A DNA stretch of 64,000 nucleotides, taken from assembly GCA_040879685.1 (NCBI GenBank), contig JBBDJW010000012.1, positions 14,233-78,232 of the forward strand, read 5' to 3'. Of this stretch, positions 58,618 through 64,000 are shown piece after piece. Position numbers and translations under genes: made by a program. Position 1 is the first letter of the stretch; every line of letters starts with the position of its first letter. The notes below the pieces were generated by a model, which ran no database searches, was not told the DNA's origin, and saw nothing but the letters and a program-made list of their open reading frames with translations. Origin of the DNA: Minisyncoccota bacterium. GTDB lineage: Bacteria > Patescibacteriota > Minisyncoccia > Phycocordibacterales > UBA2135.

Positions 58618-58883
58618 ATAATTTTATTGTATCAAATATAAACTCTTTCGTAACGACACTTCAGTTAACTGAAGTAAATTTTATCAAAGTGCACCATGGT
58701 GTCTTGAAACACTCAAAAACCCTCATATGCAGTGCAGATAAGGGTTTTAAGATTTACTCTCACCAATTTTACCACCCTTGACTTTTTGAGTGAGTGGCGT
58801 AAGGTAGGAGTATACGTAGCCCCGGGAGGGGTTTTTTAGTAGACTCAAGCGATCTTCAAAAAAGGAGAGCTGAGTGGGAGATT

Positions 58884-59063
58884 ATGTCACTATTTACCTA
58901 CTTACAAGAATCTAAAGCAGAAATGCGCCATGTAAACTGGCCAACCTCTAAGCAAACCGTTATCTTTACGGTGCTTGTGGTGATTATATCTTTGGTAATT
59001 GCATTTTTCCTTGGTTTTTTTGATTTTTTATTTTCGCGCTTGCTTGATCTCCTCATCGTGTAA
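58884..59063 (+). CDS. secE: Preprotein translocase SecE (not in the ORF track)
   Basis: Translated by hand: MSLFTYLQESKAEMRHVNWPTSKQT plus one TM helix; upstream of nusG. Confidence 0.93.
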   Translation: MSLFTYLQESKAEMRHVNWPTSKQTVIFTVLVVIISLVIAFFLGFFDFLFSRLLDLLIV

Positions 59064-59123
59064 GACAAATTACCTTGTAACACACCAACCACTAACTACT
59101 ATCTACTAACTACTGATTAACTT

Positions 59124-59669
59124 ATGGCCAGACAAGAATTAAAACCAGAGCGTAATTGGTACGCAATTCACACCTACTCCGGCTATGAAAGTGCTGTGGC
59201 GCGAAATTTACGCCAACGCATAGAGTCTCTGGGGATGGAAGATAAAATTTTTAATGTCATCGTCCCCACTGAAAAAAAGGTAAAAATAAAGGGAGGGAAA
59301 CGCATACAAGAGGAAGAAAAAATATACCCAGGGTATGTTTTGGTTGAAATGGTCGTGACAGATGATTCATGGTATGTAGTTCGCAATACGCCACGGGTAA
59401 CTGGTTTTGTGGGCACGGGCGTGTATCCGGTACCTTTGGAGAACAAGGAGGTAGAAACGCTTTTTAAAAGAATGGAGACGGACGTTACTAAGCACACCAT
59501 TGACCTGACTGTTGGCGAGGCGGTACTTATTACCGACGGACCTTTTAAGGAGTTGGAAGGAAAGGTTGATGAGATAGATGAAGAGCGAGGGAGGGTGAAA
59601 GTACTTGTTTCTATGTTTGGGCGTGAGACACCGGTAGAACTAGATTTTCTTCAGGTGAAAAAAATCTAG
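59124..59669 (+). CDS. nusG: Transcription factor NusG
   Basis: WYAIHTYSGYE, PGYVLVEM, VRNTPRVTGF, KOW domain, FGRETPVEL. Confidence 0.98.
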   Translation: MARQELKPERNWYAIHTYSGYESAVARNLRQRIESLGMEDKIFNVIVPTEKKVKIKGGKRIQEEEKIYPGYVLVEMVVTDDSWYVVRNTPRVTGFVGTGVYPVPLENKEVETLFKRMETDVTKHTIDLTVGEAVLITDGPFKELEGKVDEIDEERGRVKVLVSMFGRETPVELDFLQVKKI

Positions 59670-59870
59670 TTCGGGTAATTGGTAATAAGAAAGAATATTC
59701 CACCTGTGAAGATTTACTAAAGGAGGTTCTTAAAATATTGAATACAATGGTTTCCAATCGTTAAGCTTTACTGACTACTTACTACTGACTAATTTAATCT
59801 CGAAAAACTAATTTTATCCAGAGAGTTTACAAAAGTTCTACATTCATATATAACCTATACATATTGTGTT

Positions 59871-60293
59871 ATGGCTAAAGTAATAAAAAAATTAAAACTT
59901 CAAATTTCTGCAGGAAAGGCGACTCCAGCCGGAACAGTCGGTCCTGCGCTTGGGCAGGCTGGTGTTAATATCGGTGAGTTTGTCACCCGTTTTAATGATG
60001 CGACAGCAAAGATGGTGGGAGATGTGGTGACGGTTGAGATTTCTGTTTTTGATGATAGGAGTTTTGATTTTGTATTAAAGACGCCTCCTGTCTCTGGGCT
60101 TATCAAAAAAGCGGCAGGCATTGAGAAGGGCTCCGGCCAGGTCCCTATAAAGAAAGCAGGGAAAATTTCGAAATCTCAACTCAAAGAGATTGCAGAGAAG
60201 AAGATGCCTGATTTGAATGCACATGATATTGAGGGAGCAATGAAGATTGTTGAAGGTTCTGCGCGTTCAATGGGAGTGGAGGTAACCAAGTAG
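59871..60293 (+). CDS. rplK: 50S ribosomal protein L11
   Basis: AGKATP...GPALGQ.GVNI, KTPP, KMPDLN, ARSMG. Confidence 0.97.
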   Translation: MAKVIKKLKLQISAGKATPAGTVGPALGQAGVNIGEFVTRFNDATAKMVGDVVTVEISVFDDRSFDFVLKTPPVSGLIKKAAGIEKGSGQVPIKKAGKISKSQLKEIAEKKMPDLNAHDIEGAMKIVEGSARSMGVEVTK

Positions 60294-60314
60294 AAAGTTT
60301 TAAATTCATAGAGT

Positions 60315-60354
60315 AAAAAATCCCCCAAATGCGTTTTTCGCATTTGGGGGATTA
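60315..60354. terminator. Hairpin between convergent rplK and folA
   Basis: AATCCCCCAAATGCG-TTTTT-CGCATTTGGGGGATT. Confidence 0.7.
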
Positions 60355-60368
60355 AAGTTCTCGCCCCG

Positions 60369-60923
60369 TCACCCCCTTTCCATGGTGATGAAAGAAAGGT
60401 TCCACTTATTTTCTTCATTTTTTGGGTAAAAAAACTGCTCTGTGTTATCCCAACCACCTTGTTTCAACTCACTCATAGAAACAGGAAAATACACATCATC
60501 TGCTTTTGATTGAAACTGCTTGTCTATGAGAGTGAGATATATCTTGTCTGCGAAAGGAAGGAAAAGGTCATAAATCTCCGCTCCACCGCCAATCATAATC
60601 TCATCCGCATCAGGGGCTGCTTCTTCAGCAATGGTGGTTGCCTCTCTAACTGTGCCGGCGGTTTGGTACTTTCCGTCATCGGGAACAGTTGGTGTTCTGG
60701 TGAGAATAATAACGGGGATTCTCTCGAGCATACTCTCAGGAAGATGCATCCCTGTTTTTCTACCGACGATGAGCGCCTTCTTTTCTGTGAGTTCCACAAA
60801 ACGCTTCATATCAGCCGGAACACTTGTAGGGTTCCACGGGAATCTGTTGCCGCGGCCAATTGTATACTTGCTGTCCATAGCTGTAATCAGTGATATGGTC
60901 TTGTTTGTTAAAGGTGCTTTCAT
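60369..60923 (-). CDS. folA: Dihydrofolate reductase (divergent)
   Basis: IG.GN..PW, D...F..LT, GRKT, IGGGAEIY, YLT.I, D.YFP. Confidence 0.88.
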   Translation of the reverse strand: MKAPLTNKTISLITAMDSKYTIGRGNRFPWNPTSVPADMKRFVELTEKKALIVGRKTGMHLPESMLERIPVIILTRTPTVPDDGKYQTAGTVREATTIAEEAAPDADEIMIGGGAEIYDLFLPFADKIYLTLIDKQFQSKADDVYFPVSMSELKQGGWDNTEQFFYPKNEENKWNLSFITMERG

Positions 60924-61051
60924 AGAGCTCTCTCCTGTGATGTGTCTGTTCACCACTATACATCAAAGCGGTCAATGTGCAAATTATTGCTTTTTTATCT
61001 TGCTATGATAGGAATAGAATAGACTTTTGAATTTTGACAGGAGAAACAGAA

Positions 61052-61879
61052 ATGCAACAATACCTTGAATTACTTGACTGCGTACTTACACACGGTAAGA
61101 AGAAATCTGATCCACAAGGAGTCGGGAATCTTGCTATCTGCGGCTACCAAGCGCGCTTTCTTGTTGAGGATGGTTTTCCACTTGTAACAACGAGAAATCT
61201 CAAGGGGTCATTTAAGGCCATGGTCTACGAACTCCTCTGGTTTCTTCGAGGGGAAACAACCACTAAATTCCTTAATGACCACGGAGTTCATTTTTGGGAC
61301 CAGTGGTCTACACCAGAGATTTGTAGTTTACTTGGATTAGAACCAGGTGACCTTGGTCCGATATACGGAAAACAATGGCGTGCATTTAGTTGTGGAGACG
61401 GAGTAGAGGTTGATCAAGTAAAAACAATGCTTAATCTTCTCAAAACAAACCCCGACTCCCGACGCATTATTGTTACGGCTTGGAACCCAAAGGAAATTGA
61501 CGAGGTATTCGTAGCTCCCTGTCATTGCTTCTATCAATTTTTTCATGCCGAAGGTGAGTTATCACTGCATGTGTTTCAAAGAAGTGGTGATGTTCCTGTT
61601 GGAGTTCCTTTTGATATCGCCGAGTATATGCTCTATCTTTTGATGGTTGCGCAGGTTGTAGGACTGAAACCCTGTGAACTAGTGTACACCTTTTCAGATG
61701 CGCATATTTATCTTGATCAGGTTGACGGTGTAAAAGAGCAGCTTAAAAGAAGCCCGCGTGCGCTTCCAACGGTAAAAATCAACCCCGATGTAGAGGATAT
61801 TTTCTCGTTTCGATATGAAGATTTTGAGCTTTGTGATTACAATCCTCATCCTAAAATCAAATACCCTGTCGCTATGTAG
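61052..61879 (+). CDS. thyA: Thymidylate synthase-family enzyme with Asn177->Asp (predicted dCMP methylase)
   Basis: ELLWFLRG, LGPIYG.QWR, SRR, PCH, QRSGD and DAHIY are present; PFDIA replaces PFNIA. Confidence 0.9.
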   Translation: MQQYLELLDCVLTHGKKKSDPQGVGNLAICGYQARFLVEDGFPLVTTRNLKGSFKAMVYELLWFLRGETTTKFLNDHGVHFWDQWSTPEICSLLGLEPGDLGPIYGKQWRAFSCGDGVEVDQVKTMLNLLKTNPDSRRIIVTAWNPKEIDEVFVAPCHCFYQFFHAEGELSLHVFQRSGDVPVGVPFDIAEYMLYLLMVAQVVGLKPCELVYTFSDAHIYLDQVDGVKEQLKRSPRALPTVKINPDVEDIFSFRYEDFELCDYNPHPKIKYPVAM

Positions 61880-61951
61880 CAACAGGGTATTTATTTAATT
61901 TTAAAGAGTGCCCTGTTGCACCACAAACATCTCCTTGTTATGCTTTTCTTT

Positions 61952-62380
61952 ATGAGTAAGCAACGCAAGGTTGTTGATATCACCTTTGCTAAAGAAGGAT
62001 ATAAAGGTGTGCTTGAAGAGATTGCAGGCAAAGGGGTGTGTCCATTTTGTCCTAAAAATTTTTCTTGGCATACGGAGCCAATTCTGCATAGAATTGGTAA
62101 ATGGCTTATAACTTCTAATTTTTGTCCGTATAAACACACGAAGCACCACCTTCTTCTTATTGGGGAAGAACACAAGGAAAACTTTGCTGAGCTTACAACA
62201 AAAGATCTGGAATGTGTTCAGAAATTGACAGATTGGGCGATTAAGGAGTTTTCCTTGAAAGGAGGAACTCTGACTCATCGTTTTGGAGCAACCGAGGTTA
62301 CCGGCTCCACAGTATGTCATCTCCACTTTCATTTAATTGTACCTGAAGAAGGGAAGACTGTGCAGTTTCCTATAGGGTAA
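61952..62380 (+). CDS. HIT-family nucleotide hydrolase (CPFC type)
   Basis: CPFC, N..PY....HLL, HLHFH histidine triad. Confidence 0.8.
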   Translation: MSKQRKVVDITFAKEGYKGVLEEIAGKGVCPFCPKNFSWHTEPILHRIGKWLITSNFCPYKHTKHHLLLIGEEHKENFAELTTKDLECVQKLTDWAIKEFSLKGGTLTHRFGATEVTGSTVCHLHFHLIVPEEGKTVQFPIG

Positions 62381-62382
62381 AG

Positions 62383-62425
62383 AAAAAGCCCGTGATTCAT
62401 TGTATTGAATCACAGGCGTATTTTT
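62383..62425. terminator. Bidirectional terminator
   Basis: GTGATTCA...TGAATCAC stem with A/T tracts on both sides, between convergent genes. Confidence 0.6.
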
Positions 62426-63251
62426 ATTCAAATGGTACAAAAATTATTTCTATATTGTGTGCTCTGAGAATTTGCTCCCCATCAAAGTATGCTTGTCCTC
62501 CTTGGAAGAAACATCGCTTGAACCCTGTTTCAGCGATTATCTTTGCACAATCTGCACAAGGAAATACTGAGAGATAGATATCTGATCCTTCAAGCACACC
62601 TTTGGCTGCTTCAACTATGATGCTTTTTTCAGCATGAAGTGAAGAAGATGCCTCAGGGTGCGTTCCTGCTTCTACGAAATCTCTGATATCTCCAAGGCTG
62701 TACGGAGTGTGATCAGAAGGAAGGTGGTGATTGTGCGCTGAATATGTAATTTTACCGTCTTTTACAACAACAGCTCCAACCCTTCGCCACCAATCGGAAG
62801 TTTTTTCTCCTTCATGACAGGCATGCCTCATTATCTCTTTATCAAAGCGATCCTCGGAGACTTTATCATAGGTAACATTAACTCGTTGAGACACATGTTG
62901 CTCATCCCAACGAAGAAAAACCGTATCAAAAGTCACCCGTGCTTCTGGAAAATACTTTGCAAGAAACCGCTGCATAACACCTTCCTGCGTAGTGATCACC
63001 TCTACTTCAGAGAGTCTCGCAAGATTCTCTTCCGTGAGTATTTCAACAGAAGGAAACATATCCAGCGACTCAACCATGATTTTTATCAAGGCAGGATCTA
63101 CCGCGCGAATCTCTTCTTCAAAGTAGGCGAATTCCTTACAGAACTGAGTACCTACTATGTACAAAGAGGTGACATGCGGTTTCCATTTCTTGAAAAGTTG
63201 GATGTATCCATTGTGAACGACGGGAATGTAGAGAAGAAGTGTCTTTTTCAT
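62424..63251 (-). CDS. CMP/dCMP deaminase-fold protein with an extra N-terminal domain
   Basis: C-terminal VGAVVV, HAE and PCADC; N-terminal LYIPVVHNGY (HIGH-like). Confidence 0.85.
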   Translation of the reverse strand: MKKTLLLYIPVVHNGYIQLFKKWKPHVTSLYIVGTQFCKEFAYFEEEIRAVDPALIKIMVESLDMFPSVEILTEENLARLSEVEVITTQEGVMQRFLAKYFPEARVTFDTVFLRWDEQHVSQRVNVTYDKVSEDRFDKEIMRHACHEGEKTSDWWRRVGAVVVKDGKITYSAHNHHLPSDHTPYSLGDIRDFVEAGTHPEASSSLHAEKSIIVEAAKGVLEGSDIYLSVFPCADCAKIIAETGFKRCFFQGGQAYFDGEQILRAHNIEIIFVPFE

Positions 63252-63790
63252 ACCTCCCCCACCATTTCTTGGATTATCTCCTGGACCCTACCGAGATGTC
63301 CTTTAAGAATGCGTTGAACGAAATTTGAGGTTGAGGTATTTTCTGCTTGCCGTGGCAGCACCACAAGTTCTCCGCAAAACCGCTTTATAGCAGTTCGCTG
63401 TTCTTCAGGGTAACTATCCTCAACCGCGATGTAGATATGTGGTTTTATTTTTTCAATAAGACCAAATTTCCAGCCCTCTTCTTCGCCAACATCGTCAACG
63501 GTAGTAACGTAGTCCACACAAGAGAGATAGCTAAGCATCTCCACTCTTTCTTTTTGTGGAACAATCGGTCGAAACTCTCCTTTATAGAGATTTACTGCGC
63601 GGTCAGAATCAACACCAACCACAAGAATGTCTCCGTGAGTCCTTGCGTTCATGAGATAGCGAACATGTCCTATATGGAGCATATCCCACGAACCTATCGT
63701 CACTACAATTGTACGGCCATTTTCGGCAAGTGCATTTGTTAAGCGTGACAGCTTTTCATAATCCTCAATAAACTTGTTTTCGTTTCTCAT
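63248..63790 (-). CDS. Cytidylyl/adenylyltransferase (HIGH superfamily, RfaE-II/TagD-like)
   Basis: GSWDMLHIGHVRYL, LVVGVDSD, RPI....ER, TSTS; GGAGG RBS; overlaps the deaminase start. Confidence 0.88.
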   Translation of the reverse strand: MRNENKFIEDYEKLSRLTNALAENGRTIVVTIGSWDMLHIGHVRYLMNARTHGDILVVGVDSDRAVNLYKGEFRPIVPQKERVEMLSYLSCVDYVTTVDDVGEEEGWKFGLIEKIKPHIYIAVEDSYPEEQRTAIKRFCGELVVLPRQAENTSTSNFVQRILKGHLGRVQEIIQEMVGEV

Positions 63791-63902
63791 CTCATCCTCC
63801 AAAGAATTCAAAGTTCATAGCTAGAACCTATGGTAATGATATTGAGATTTAAGTCAAATTGACAAAGTGGAGCTTGGGTTGGCGGGGTGTTACAATAAGG
63901 AG

Positions 63903-64000
63903 ATGATACAGGAGAAGTTGAGGGAAACGATTCACAATGCCACTCAAGAGTGGGGTGTGAGGGTAGAGGATATTCATCTAGAGCATCCGGCTGATTTTAC
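63903..64000 (+). CDS. Probable arginine-tRNA ligase N-terminus (truncated by the window end)
   Basis: MIQEKLRETIHNATQEWGVRVEDIHLEHPADF resembles the ArgRS N-domain (..LE.P....GD). Confidence 0.5.
   Translation, partial: MIQEKLRETIHNATQEWGVRVEDIHLEHPADF

Noticed and set aside
58760-58883. tRNA-Trp expected upstream of secE
   Set aside because: No cloverleaf or T-loop motif is present, only weak hairpins.
59871-60368. rplK not followed by rplA
   Set aside because: Operon breakage or L1 loss is unremarkable in reduced genomes and cannot be judged from this window.

Overview
Core-chromosome window around the replication origin of a reduced-genome bacterium, very probably Patescibacteria/CPR (Parcubacteria-like). 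This is inferred from gene content, a trigger factor lacking its FKBP domain, a chromosomal VirB4/PrgI/VirB6-like cluster and many short intergenic palindromes. It holds pilB-ruvB-yebC-ruvC, tyrS, a class A PBP, dnaA-dnaN-(dciA-like), rpmH-rnpA-yidD-yidC-jag, a relaxase-less T4SS-like operon, pcrA, comM, pnp/rpsO, a Xer recombinase, cca, four tRNAs, parS sites, xth/mutY, tig-clpP-rny-hup, nusA, tpiA-pgk and secE-nusG-rplK. The most striking system is the nucleotide cluster at 60.4-63.8 kb. Its thymidylate synthase has Asp instead of the invariant dUMP-selecting Asn (PFDIA vs PFNIA, the known dCMP-specificity switch) and lacks phosphate-binding Arg21. It sits with DHFR, a HIT hydrolase, a HIGH-motif nucleotidyltransferase and a two-domain dCMP-type deaminase, suggesting a non-canonical dCMP -> 5-methyl-dCMP (-> dTMP) route. 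Other highlights: a covarying structured element duplicating the 3' ends of two different tRNA genes, an intact tRNA-Pro nested in a fragmented tRNA-Pro, a 6S-like RNA, parS sites inside yraN, an HTH gene bracketed by 40-bp perfect palindromes, a possible DGR target gene and widespread leaderless-type gene starts. All calls were made by eye, with no database searches.
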